Shown: positions 1 to 12,900 of the stretch, in pieces
Layout of the letters: each line of letters begins with the position of its first letter
Position numbering within the stretch: position 1 is the first letter of the stretch
From: Phoronis australis
Lineage: Eukaryota > Animalia > Phoronida
Length of the DNA: 64,000 bases
NCBI GenBank assembly: GCA_002633005.1
Contig: NMRA01000067.1
Coordinates: forward strand, 1,088,951-1,152,950
Direction: 5' to 3'
The notes under the pieces: generated by a model
What the model was told of the DNA's origin: nothing
The model's database searches: none
The model's input: the letters and a program-made list of their open reading frames with translations, nothing else
Position numbers and translations under genes: made by a program

Positions 1-9
1 ACCAAAAAC
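1..9 (-). CDS. possible start of the next BRD10-like exon (truncated by the window edge)
   Basis: Acceptor-like tgtcatttcag at 20-10 on the minus strand, downstream of the phase-1 donor at 946. Only 9 nt are visible. Confidence 0.3.
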
Positions 10-597
10 CTGAAATGACAAAGGGCACTATAGCCATTAGGTCCATTCAATCATCACTGCCAGCCATCATCACCTTTATAGAAGCTCAGTTGCCAGGAGA
101 AATCTTTAAGGAGTTCGGCAGAAAGAAAGGCGGACAGAAACTGAATACTGAGCATGACAATCTTGTTTAGCAGATAGAAAGGCAAATGCCAAAAATGCAC
201 ACCTAAATTATCACGGCAGAAAATACCGTAGCTGCAGTTAGTTCGGACAGAAAACTTATAGGTAGCACGGTCTCTTCGTTAGGTGTGCATTTGCCAATTG
301 AAAGATATAGCGATGAATGCAAAAACTTGAAGTTGCCAATATAATAAATTCGTCCGAATGTTGTAGTCATCCGTCCTCAACTTCACAAGGCACACTCCTG
401 CCAAATTTCATAATTTAATTCCTACACTGCAAAGTGCTACAGCGATACAGCAGTGGATGCAAGACACCAGGAAAGAGATGACAGTAATATGCACAAACAT
501 GTATAAGGAGACGCACAAAATTAGGCACTGTTGTATGAAAGCTAATTTGATACTTGAAATACAGGTATTGGGTGTAAACCAATCAGACCCATCACAG

Positions 598-760
598 TTA
601 AACATTGGGTACACTTGAGTGACTTCGCCAGTGCCACTGGGTTCATTGGCAAAAAAACGTGTGATTGGTTCTTGGTGAGAACATGCGACATACAGACCAA
701 TCCGATGTATTAGACGATTGACTTGGTTGAACCGGCGGAGTCAATCAAGTGCAGTTTAGG
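598..760. mobile_element. short inverted-repeat element (MITE-like)
   Basis: tacacttgagtgacttcgcc (~610-629) is the imperfect reverse complement of ggcggagtcaatcaagtgca (~734-753). Confidence 0.4.
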
Positions 761-946
761 ATGAAGACATTTTCCATGAGGAAATTCAATGTTTACACAA
801 GAGTCTCAAGCACGGCACAAAACCGTTTCATCCTGTGCTCAGATCAGTGGAGCCAATAAAAGAGTACTATGAAGGAAGGTTCAAAGACATTGATGATCTG
901 GTTACACATCAAAATAGTGTGAACGGTGGACAAAAACAAGTCTTAC

Positions 947-3900
947 CTAGATTGGCAATGACTGCACCCTGTTGGAGGCTAGACGAGTTACAGGTCTTGG
1001 CAGGCAGCACCAGCGGCTGTGTGACTACATCTGTCTTGACCTTATTTTCCTGAGATTTAGCAGCCTTCGTCTCTAGCAGACTCTTGACCGTCATGTTGTT
1101 TGCGTACTTAGACTTGACTGGTGTTTTCAGCAGTACCTGCTGAACAGTCCTGGGCTCGGTGGGGTGTGGACTGTTGAGGAGCAATGTACTGGGGTGCTGC
1201 GGGGAGATCTTGACCAAACCTGCGGCCACAAGTTGCTGGAGAACGGCTGGGTTACTGAGCTGGTCAGGTGTCAGCTGCAACAGTCTTGGAGCAACAGTGG
1301 CTGCAGTGGAATTATTGGCGTACTGAGCATTTACTGTGGTTGTCATTGTAGAGGTAGATAATGAGACCAGCTGAATGGCTGATGATGGCACACTTGTAGG
1401 AACAGAGGGATGTTGTGTAGGAACTGTGGTCAGATTGAATGCGGTGGCCGAAGACCGAGGTATTAAGCTTTGAACTTTAGATAAGGTCACCTGACTCGAC
1501 GATGATGGTAGTGGAATGGAGGTAACAGGTCGCACCTGGCTAGACTGGTTCTTGATTAGTTGCTGGAGAATGGCAGGGGGCAGTGTGTTGAGATTTGCAT
1601 AGTTCACGTATTGCACCCTCTGGCTCGTCGAACCGACTATAGAAGTTGCTGTGGCCGATCCTGATTTGCCCATAATGAGCTGTGTCAGGGCCTGGTTACA
1701 CTGAGCTAAAGAACTGGACGGGTTTGGGGAGGGAGATGCCTGACTACTAGAGCCACCACTAGGGTATGGGGCAAACTTCTTCATAGGCCTTGCCAAGAGT
1801 GCTCTTATCACATTCTCGTGGTTTGTTCTCGACTTGTAAATGTTCTGGCTCATTAATAACCCTGGGATGTTCCCATGCGGCCCTGTGTTCAGGTGGGACA
1901 AAAGACCACAATTTTTGTCCGTAACAATGGCGGCTGAGGTGGCAGGAATATCCTCTGCTTTCTTTGGTTTCTTTTTTAAACCCTGGTCTTCGACGTTGTT
2001 TGGTATCACGCGCCGTTTTCGAATTCTTCCACGCATGGATATGTCTGTCAGTTCTTCTTCATCAAGATTCGCAGTAACACTCTCGTCTTCCCCTAGTTTC
2101 CGCTGCTTTGAAGTTTTCTTTTTCTCCAGATTCTGAGCCAGTTCTACACCACTTTCATTAGGGCTCTCTTCCTCGGTCTCAGAAGATTCAGACTCTGTTG
2201 TGACTGGTTCATCCGAGTCCCAAACATTTTCAGTCTCCTAAAATTCAAAGGTTTTTGTTAACTGGTCATCATATGATGAAAGGTCTGAATAACTCGTACA
2301 GTAAAAGCTGAAACGGCTGCAGATAAAAGAATGTTTTGTTTAATCCCCACATAGCCACCCTGCGTTACAAATGCGAGTGAGAATCAGGCAGAAGACGTTA
2401 ACATACTCTAACTAAGAGTTATACAGTTAATGTTTGCTAGTGGTTCCCATGGTTACCTTCTCCAGCTCCTCCTCTACCCAGTCATCCACTTCTTTACGAA
2501 TTTTCTCCTTTGTCTTTTTGTTTGCCTGTATCAGCTTGGACTCCCAGGGCTCTAGTTCCGACAGAAGGAAGGCCAGTCGTTTGTGTAAGTCCTGCACACA
2601 CCTCTTACGGGCGGGGGGTGGAATGATCTGAGACAATGGAACAAGAACACAGGGTGAGGGGAAAGCCATTAACAACATCTCGTGTATGCCTTGGGCATAA
2701 TGCTTATGGGAAGGGGTTGGACTGATCTGAGACAATAGGGCAAGATCACAGATAAAACAATAAATAGTACCATAAGTCATAAGTATGCCCTGGGCACGCT
2801 GCTTACGGGCAGGGAGGGGGGGAGGTCAATGATATGAGACAATGTGACAAGCAGACATGGATTGTGAGATGTAACGCGACACCTCCTGAACACATCACTT
2901 CATGGGAGGGGGTTTAACAATATGATCTCAGATTATATAATAAAGGGTGAATGAACCATAATTGATTTGTAACAGCACAACAACAATACAACAGAATTAA
3001 AAGAGAATCGAATCACAAACTTACTTAAAATTCGTTTTTGGAATAATGATTTATAAACAGAACAAAACAAACATACAGATTTTGGCTTCTTGCTTATGAA
3101 TTTCTTTAACTACAAAATCCCGGTGAACAACCGTGAATGGGTACAGTTACTTGGCTTCATCTGGAGCAACACACATCCACAGTAACAGGTGGCATAAAGA
3201 ATAACCACCTACAGTACAATACAAAAGTGATCAGACAAAATACCGTTTTCCTGTCATGACGGCTAATTCTGTAAATAGCAAAAACTACTGGTAATAACCA
3301 TTAGAGCGGCAAAACTCTAATTAAACAATAACTTGACCACCTTAATCTGATGATGAATTCGGTTTCTGCCCAGCTGCCATGACAGGGAATTTCGGGTCAT
3401 TTTGTCTGAAAACTTTTGGCTTGTATTGTTAGCTGTTATGACAACCATTGATTGAAATAGAGTCAGGATACACCGAACACCATATCACAAATACTCACTT
3501 TTTGTTTCTTGCCCTTACCAACAATTGTTGGCTCTTGCTCAGCAAACTTTGCAGTCAGTGACCTTAAGTCTTCCACTGTGGTGACAACTAGCTCAAAAGG
3601 CCCAATCTCTGGAAACTGAAATTGCCCAAAAGATTGTGAAAATTCACAACTGAGACAGAGGGCAATACTAGAGTCAGTTAGTATTGACTAGGTGCTGTAG
3701 ACAAGCTGATCACCTGCAGAGAGGGGATACATAGGATAAGGAGCACATAAAACTATTCAAGTGTTGAAACTAAGATAAAGATAAGCAGGGATAATTGTAG
3801 GAGCATGCCCACATAATTGGCAAATAAAAGTTTTCAGTGATGCACTGTGATTGCTTAACTTGGGCCAATGAATGTATAAAAATTGTTACAATCTTTCCTT

Positions 3901-6900
3901 TTAAATGTTTCGTTCATTCAGATTCTGATACACTACGTAAAGCAGATGAACAAAACAACTAAAAAATCAGTGATCAAAAAAACAATGCTTGGGATGTGGG
4001 GTCGAGCATAGTGTGAACATATCGATCCCAACAGTGGATCAGTGTGTGTGGTTAAACTGTAAAGCAGCGAGCAATTTTGACCAATCACTACTTGAGTACC
4101 ATACTGTAGTACCAGATGAAATCACACACATGAAAATGATGTCTCCTAACAATTGAATCAAAAGAAAACGCTTAAGCGATAAGTGTAGTGTATTACAGCG
4201 AATTAGGCTTACAATTTCTTCAATCTCCTCGTCCTCACTCTCCTCATCAGGAGGTACATTTCCACTTCCAACCATCTCATCTAGTTCCTGATAGTCTTGG
4301 TTACCATATTGTATGGTACTGGTCGACGAGTTTTCAATGTTGTCATGGCTACCTGGCCCATTCTCATGCTGAAACAGATGAGCTACAACTCATGCTCATG
4401 TTCAAAGGTCAGAAGCAGGATACACAATAAAATCAAAAAACCACCTTAACTCTGAACGCAAATCCTAAAAGACAAGTTGGGTCATTTTTTGTTGCCACAG
4501 ACTTGCTTTATGCACTTTATATATTTTAATGTTATAAAGCAATTATTACGAGACAATGGAGTTAACACATTAGTAACAACAGAGGCAGTGTGGCCTAGTG
4601 GGATAAGTGCTCGCTTCCTTTACTAATGATAGTGGGTTCGAGTCCCACAGGGGCACACTGCTAGACCCTTGAGTCAGGTCTCTTGTTCCTCAGCTTGGTA
4701 TTATCTGTGTATGATAGTTCCAGGTGATCAGTGCAATGGGCGCATGTCTGGTGCAACCTGTACCAGACAGGTGCAATTATCATTTTTCTACAATTAAACA
4801 TTACCTTATGTATGGCTAAAGAATTTTGCCACCAAGAAATGCCCTTACCTGCTGGTCCAGATCTCCTCCATCTATCTGCCCAGCCAGGTCAAAAGCTGAA
4901 AGATCCATGACACCACCATCGCCCAGCAAAGACTCACTGGCATTTTCATTCGCAACACATCTGTGTAAGTTATTGGCACATAAGGTGTCTCTGGCGTCTT
5001 GTTGGTTTGACTCTTCCTCACCAGTGGCAACATTCTCTCTAGCAGCCTTACCGTCCACAGAACCGCAGACTTCCGTGACGCCAGAGTCCAACACTTGACT
5101 CCCACCATCTTGTTCCATCATCCCATCCTCCTCTGATCCCTCACTCTCAACATTAAGTTTAACAACAGTACCATCACTCCTATGTTTAGACTGTTTGTCA
5201 GCGACTGGTGTCGTAGAGAGCACGTTAATACCAGCTACTCCATTAGACATGGGATCACAGTCCATAGACTCTCCTGTGGTGAGTTTACAGCCTACATATT
5301 CCATGTCCATAGTGTCTGACTGTTGACTAATACTGTCCATTTGGACGTCTGTGTCTAGGCTTTCTGATCGCTTATCAATATCCATTTGAAGAGATTCACT
5401 GTCAGTGTCCATTTTCTCATTCATACTTGTTGCATCCATCTGGACTAATGAACATGTACTACTACTTGGTGTAACTACGCACTCAGATTCTGCCTTTATC
5501 GCCTTCAGAGAGGTAAATGGTTTTGAACTGGGAAGTTCACAAAACCTAATATCATTACCTTCAGTTGTATCAGGCAACCCAGACCCGACACCAGTTTTCA
5601 AGTCAGTGCTTTGAAATTTAGAATCAAACTCAAACTTTTCTACGTCATTAGCAAGTTCTTTCTCAGATAATCCCGGGGAATCACACCCCTTCATCAACAA
5701 CTCCTGTCTATTTCTTCCTGCCACAGTATCCATGGCAACGTAACCACTATTGTCTTGTTCATTCAATACCACAGTTCCTCTACCATAAGCATCTTCATCC
5801 ACTTGCGAACACATTACATCATGGCAGTCATTCTCAACACTCTCCTTTACACTAGTTCTTTTTTCACAATCACCAGTGCTACTCTCAATGTGACTGTCAT
5901 CATTTTTCTTTACCCTCGAACTCTTTCTTACTGGTTTAGTTTTCTCGCTGTTTTTCATCAGTCGTTGACTGGCTCTGGTTGGCAGACTTGCGTTGGATGA
6001 CATCTCACTGTGGTAGTCCACATCTTTCGTGAAGGAGGATGAAACCGAGTCAACATCATACGATTCGTCACTACTCGTCGCTGGAGTACTCTGCTTGAGA
6101 ACCGTCTTAAGTTGCTGAAAAAGACAACAAGACAAAACAGGTGACCAGTTGTAGGGTAAGAACCAAATTTTTTCAAACAGCAGTTCATGAAAAGAACAGA
6201 ATAAAGTAAACACTTTTCAGCTTATTTTTGTTTTTTCTCCACTACACTGTGTTAAGTAGGTTACACTGAAATGAAAAATTCCAAACTGACATGAAACAAG
6301 AAAGTAGAGATGAATCCACCTGTTGAGGCAATCAATGAACTCCATTATGTGGAGTTATCATGAATAATTATAAATGCAGTTATGCTACATTAAAAAGAAA
6401 TCACAGGTGCACAAGAGAGGCAACAAAGCAATGCCAGTAATAGTACACTCCAGGAGGTGCAAAGCAAGTCAGTTCCTCAATAGCACCATATCTGCTACTG
6501 TTTTTGGAAGTAAAGCAGTTTCAGTGAAAACCGTCATAGCTAAGAAAAACATTAAAACACATGTTAAACTCCTCAATCAGGCTGGTAAACTTGCCGGGTA
6601 TGAGCATTGAAATTAAAGCAGTGTCTTCTGCAATGGGCCTGTAGAAGGCTTAAGTAATGTGTCAGCCTTTCTGTTCGTAGACTTTATTTCGCAAAATTCC
6701 GACACCACTGTTCCATTATCATTATCATTATCGTTACAATTATCATTATTATTATTATATGCTACCTTTCTTTCACTATGATTCCATAAGAAGTTTGGAG
6801 GATATCGAGGCAGACAACAAAGAACACAAAAACAACAGAAAGTCCACTAGGGCACTCAATGTAGGTCAAATTCATTAGAAACAGGACCTGTGCTGTTGTC

Positions 6901-9900
6901 CACATGGAAGGTAGTAAGTTACTTTTCAAATTTCACGAACATCCATCAAAGAATTTGGTAGATATCCAGACAAACATAAAGAAAAAGAAAATTGCAACTA
7001 GGAGACTCCGCAGTAGTCAGATTTGTTCCAAAATCCATGTCAGCTGAACTCTAATCTATAGAAACACATGGCAAATTTCCAGAAGATCTCTCAAGGATCC
7101 GGTATAGATCCACAGGCAATAAAATAATAACCTGCCACAGGAAGGCGCCGCAGCAGTCAAACCATTTGAAAAATCCAAGTAATTCCCAGTAGGAAAACAA
7201 AAGTCAGTTTTCATAATGATTCTTAGTGTGATTTGGCTGACAGAGAGGCAGACTCCAATGACAAACTCAAGGATAATAAAAATGAACACAAGTTGCCATA
7301 CAATGTGCAGAATCCATTCGAAAATGGGAAAGTGTTATCTTTAATAGAAACCTAAGTATTGACGTTTCATGAAACGCCGTCACAGAGTAAGACGTAAAAA
7401 ATAAAATTGCCATCAGGGGGCATAATTGTAATTAGATCCATTCAAAAGTGGTCGTCATCAGATGATCCATTCCTAAAAATAGACCAGTGAAATTTAACAA
7501 AGATCCCGTAAGAAGTTTTGGAGATACAGAAAGCAGATGAGAAACAAAATTGCCATACGAAGTGCCAAAGTAGTCGAAGCCATCAGAAAATCATCGCCAC
7601 CTGTGCTCTTCCCAGTAGGAACACATGCCAATTTTCATAATTATCCTTAGAGTGATTTAGCTGATAAAGAGGTGGACATCAAAAAAACTAACATGGAAAC
7701 AGTAAAATTGACCATTAAGTAATGTATTCAAGGTAGAAAAAGTGGCGTCTTCTCCTCAATTGCAACCTATTTGCTAAACTTCATCAGTCTGTCAAGTCTC
7801 CAAGGTACAGATGCAAATGTAAAAAAAATAAAATTGCCACTATGGGGCACACTAGTACTCGGATCCGTACAAAAATTTGCTTATGCCGTCCCATCCACGA
7901 TAGAAACATGTTGCAAACTTTCATGAACATCTATCACCGGATTTAGAGATACAACAGCGGACAAGGATGACCTCTTAATATACTCACGTATACATATGTG
8001 GTGCATAAGAATAAGTGCAAGAAACTAAATGAAAACTGCCACAAGGGTGCATAGCAGTAGTGCCATCCTTTCAAACCTTGGCAAGCACATCTTCCCTTTG
8101 ATGGAAACACACCAAACAAATTTCAGGAAGATAGTTCAAGCGCTTCGGTAAATATAAGGGCAGACGACACATGTCCAGACAGAAGACGGCAATATGCACC
8201 AACGTAATATTACGTAGGAGTGTGTCGGTTACATCTGCTTCAACCGAAACACCAAGTTCACACCAAACGATGCTACAAACCTGTCTAAGTCGACCTGGAC
8301 GCTTCCTGGGAGGGGCTATAGCTTCAACTGGCTCCGATCGCCCCAAACTCTTAACCAATTTACTAGACTGTTTGACTGGTGAAGGTGACCTCGACGATTC
8401 AACTGACCTCTTAACAGGTGTCTGGAGAAATAATCAATGCACAAATCAATGAAATGTAAAAACTGGCACTCTGTAATTAATAATTTGACTAAATACCAAT
8501 TCTATTGTACTATAAAAACAGAACTACAGCCTGAAAAACACCTTACGTTTTATACCAAAGGAAAATATACATTTTATACCCCTACCAAAAGAAAATATTT
8601 GCTTGTTTTAGTTGCTCAATGTACAAGCTTTACATTGAAACAGGGCGACGCACAGGTCTAACCAAGAATGAGAAAATTTGTGGAATATGCAATACTGGTC
8701 AAATTGAAAACGAGATTATTTTTATACATCACTGTCCTGTCCTTGGCGATGTGCAAAGAAATTTGCTGATGAATATGACAGCTAATACCAGAGTAGTTAG
8801 ATTACTTCAAAGTCACGACCTTTGTGAACTAAAAAGCGTGGCGCCATATATTTCAAGAGCATAAGTGCTTAGAGATGAAATTTTATCATTGTAAAGTTGT
8901 AATGTAAACTGTATTATGAGGCCAAGGCCTACATACAACATCTGATAAAAACTGAAATTAGGCAATTCCCTTCTTCTTATCAATGACATTTTAATCTAAA
9001 TGTATTGGTCAAAATCTGGACAACTGAGTTTACTTTTAGGCAGTCCTTAAAGCCATCCGGTAAAGATGGACATGCCTAAGTCAGATTTTCAAAGTTCAGC
9101 ACTATGGTTGTTCTAGTTCAACATTCCGCTTTCCAGACGAGTCAAAGTTCGACCTACTCTAGTGAAATCTCGTGGTCCGTTGGATTGACTTGAGCACGTT
9201 TCACTGCTAGCAGTTTAGTTTCCCTTTGTCTTAGCTTCATAATCCATACAATCAAATGAGAAGGCCAGTCGACAAACTGGTTAGTTTTCAACTTTCCATG
9301 ATCAAGGCTCCTTTCTATAGCAAAAGTAGTTCGTTTGTCCAATTAAAAAAACAAATTTTTTGCCCGACTACAAATAGTTTTGAGTTGGGGATATATTTTT
9401 CCGTTGGTCATGCAACTTACGCGTGATCATTAAGTGTACAAAATATCTTAAAGAACAACATAGACAGGTTTCCTTTTTCTCAAACAAACCCCTTGTTACT
9501 GACATGGTGTTGTTTCTTTGGGGTTTTCAACGATGGGATTGGTAGGGGTCCCTGGCGATATATTCTCAGATCTGCACCACAGAATTGAGGAAAGTGCAGG
9601 TAACTGTTACAAGCATCATCAGTGCCGAGGAGATAAGCATGCTGCTCTTCTATTGGCTGAGCTTCTATAGCCTCTCGAACCGATTCTTGGTTATGCTGCA
9701 AAAAAGCATCCAAAACTCCATTATACGGTACAGGACAAACATAATCGTACAAAATACTGTTTTCGTGTCATGATGGCCAATTCTGTTAACAGCAAAAATT
9801 AATGGTAATAACTGTTAGGGCGGCTAAAGTCTAGTTAAAGAATGACTTCAAGCCATCTTATACTGACTTTCCTGTCAATTCCTCTTCATTCTTGATCATG

Positions 9901-12900
9901 AAAGAGGACTACCGGTATTCTGACGATGAATTCAGCTTCTGCAAAGCTGCCATGACGGAATTCTAGGTCAGTCACTTTGTCTGAATATTTCTGGCTTGTA
10001 CTGCACACACATCAAGATAAGTCTAAACTTTCAATAAGAAAGTAACTATGATTTTCAAAGCTGACCTAAGCTCATTTTTTGATTTACGAAGGCGTTACTG
10101 CAAATATAATCTGCATACGACTTAGAACTACTCATTAGAATGTGACCATGATTTGTGCTTTTAACAACTGTGTTTTCTCCTGTTCACAAAATAGATTCTT
10201 TGCTGAAAAACACAGAGTGAAAAACGTTCATCAGATGTCAACAAACTGATTTGCTGACCTCAGGAAAGAATTGACAGTGAAACACCCACAGAAATGAGTC
10301 ATGTCTGTACTGAATCCGTCTTTGTGAAGTCAAACTATAGTGATTTAGAACAGACATACTGAGTAACAATAACTAAGCTGGCAAGACCAGGTGATGAAGA
10401 TAATTATTGTTTTAACGGATTTCTTACAACAGTTAAGAATTTTATATATCAAACATATGGACTTGTTCTCAGAAATATTCATAACATGAAGCATCAACAT
10501 TAAGAACCAAGCAAGTTACCAGACAACTATCACATAGACCCTTCACAATCCAGACTCTTTGGTAGACCGTAAGGTCATGGAATTTCCTTTTCCTCATGGG
10601 GTTCTTCAAGCCACAAATATGGAAGAACTCGACATCCAACCCTATTTTGTCAGCTGCCTGCACAATAGAACATTAACGGTTAGCTTATTACTTCTGAACG
10701 ACTGGCTATAGCAAAGCATCATGATAAAAGTTTGATCTTCACGTAACTGGAAGTAATTAAGTTCACAATAATGAAAAATTCTACCGTCAAATTGGTAAAT
10801 GCAAGCTAAACTATCTCTTATTTTGTACTGACCTAAGTTAGGTTGCTGGAAAGCTAATTTAAACAAATAAGAAAAATTATTCATGAGCGACTTCACAAAA
10901 TGAACTGACAAATACTGAGCTGCAGAAAAGTTGCAAGAGAAAAAGTCTGTTGGATCAATTCTTTTCTCATGTGAAAGCTGGAGCTGTCTCAGAATTTCTG
11001 GTATCCCGCAAATATACAAAATAACAAAATATATTGGTGTTCAAATCTTTTGACCAATTATTTTCTCATGTCAAAACTAATAAGATAAACCGTCTTAGAG
11101 GAGCCTCTGATATTTCTCAACAAGAACAAAATGCCACTCAATCATCCTTTTTGTCTTCTGTTCACTCGCTAACTGTAATGCCACACTTAAACTGCTACCC
11201 CAAAAACCACCTCCGGACATGACAATGCAACTAATATGTTTTAATCAATTTTCTGCGACCCATGACACATTGTGTCGAAACACAACGTGTAAGACAAGAT
11301 TTTTTTTATTTATTTGTCAAATTTATCAAGTTGGTACTCTCCTTAAGAATTTGTTTGGGCTTCGGACAATTTTATAGACCATGAGGTTTTCAAACGTAAT
11401 TACAGTAAGGAGGTAATTACCAGTTTAATTTGAAACAGCAAACAATAGGAAGAGCTAATAATATGTACGGAGTGAACATAAGGCTAACATTTATAGTTAG
11501 AACACAACAGGCTGTTAATGGAATATGCAGCATTTATACTGTTAGTGATCAACTGTGACTAAAAATAATACAACAGTGAATATGATCTGCCAATCAATAC
11601 ACCTACTTCCTGAAGATTGGTCCGGTCCATGTTAAGATGCTTGTACCAAACGTTCAGTCGACTTCTTAACCTGTCCTCCCACACTTTGTATGGCATTGGG
11701 GGTTTCTGATTTAGCCTGAAAATGGTCAATTCAAATTATATCCAGGATTCAATAGAATCATTTCCTCCAACCACTTAGCCTGAGCTTAGAGAGCGGGAAA
11801 CTATGTAGCGACTAGTTTGTGAAGATTCCACCACAGTCTCACAAATGGGGTTGTGATTACAGGCAGTACGAAGTACAGAAGAATAACAACTTTAGGTTAT
11901 GTAGGACCCTATCTAAGTGTCCGAGTTTGATTAACTTTCAATTGGAACATCATATCCCAGAAATGGATGATCAGATTAGTATGATATCAGACAACATGAT
12001 TTATGGATTGCTCTCCAAAATGCTACAAGGAATTGCTTTTAAAATGTTCTACTTTTGTACGAGGGGGCCATCAAAAATAGAATTTTCATACAAAAACTCT
12101 CGTAGTTAAGTTACCAGTGAGTTAGAACTCAACTTCTATAGGACTTCCATTTTCACAAAACATATCATTTACTTTTTAGAGTTAAATCATGTAGTTTTGT
12201 AGAGATTTGACTGAATACACAGACTTCTCAATAGGGTCCAGCATAACCTTAATTACATCCAGTGTGACACCACTGTAAGACTGTCAAGATGGCTTTGACC
12301 ACCAATTCCGGTAAACTAATACAAACATGTGTGAGACATCGTAACACCTGCTGATCCAACTAACAGTAAACAACCAAAGCCATGCACTCTACCAGGAGAA
12401 GTCCTATATGCTTTACAATACCTTGTGCGCTGGTACGGTGTGCTGAGTAAAGACGTCATCAGTCGACTCATTACAGATGTCTCCCGTGGCAACAGGAAGC
12501 TCAATTCTAACTCATGCTGCACAACTTCACCCAGATTCAGGGCCTGATTGGCCACAAATAGGAAGTGGCCAATCTGAGGCAGCTGCAATAGTTTGAAAGG
12601 AAACCTCGTCTTGCTAGAAATCTGACTTATGTAAAAAATAATTTTTGACTTTAGACCACTTACTGAAGTTGATACCACACTTGTTGCCTACTCATAGAGG
12701 TGATCTCTGAGCTTGGAAAGAAATGAAAACATTTGTACTATAGTTTGAGACCAGGCTCAACAAATACATAATGTAACATGGCTTTATAACTGCGTGAGCT
12801 TCAAAAATCTAGTCAAAATCTCATCATTGCCATGATTTTGTCAGAGTTATCTGTAAACTGAGAAATTATTAACAGAATTTCACCAATTTTCCAACGAGAC

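Noticed and set aside
909-2036. 375-aa ORF (and the 465-aa ORF at 4816-6213) as stand-alone genes
   Set aside because: Both are internal exons of the BRD10-like gene with phase-compatible splice sites.
4584-4655. tRNA gene
   Set aside because: Box A and box B are present, but there is no convincing acceptor or anticodon stem and a SINE-like body follows.
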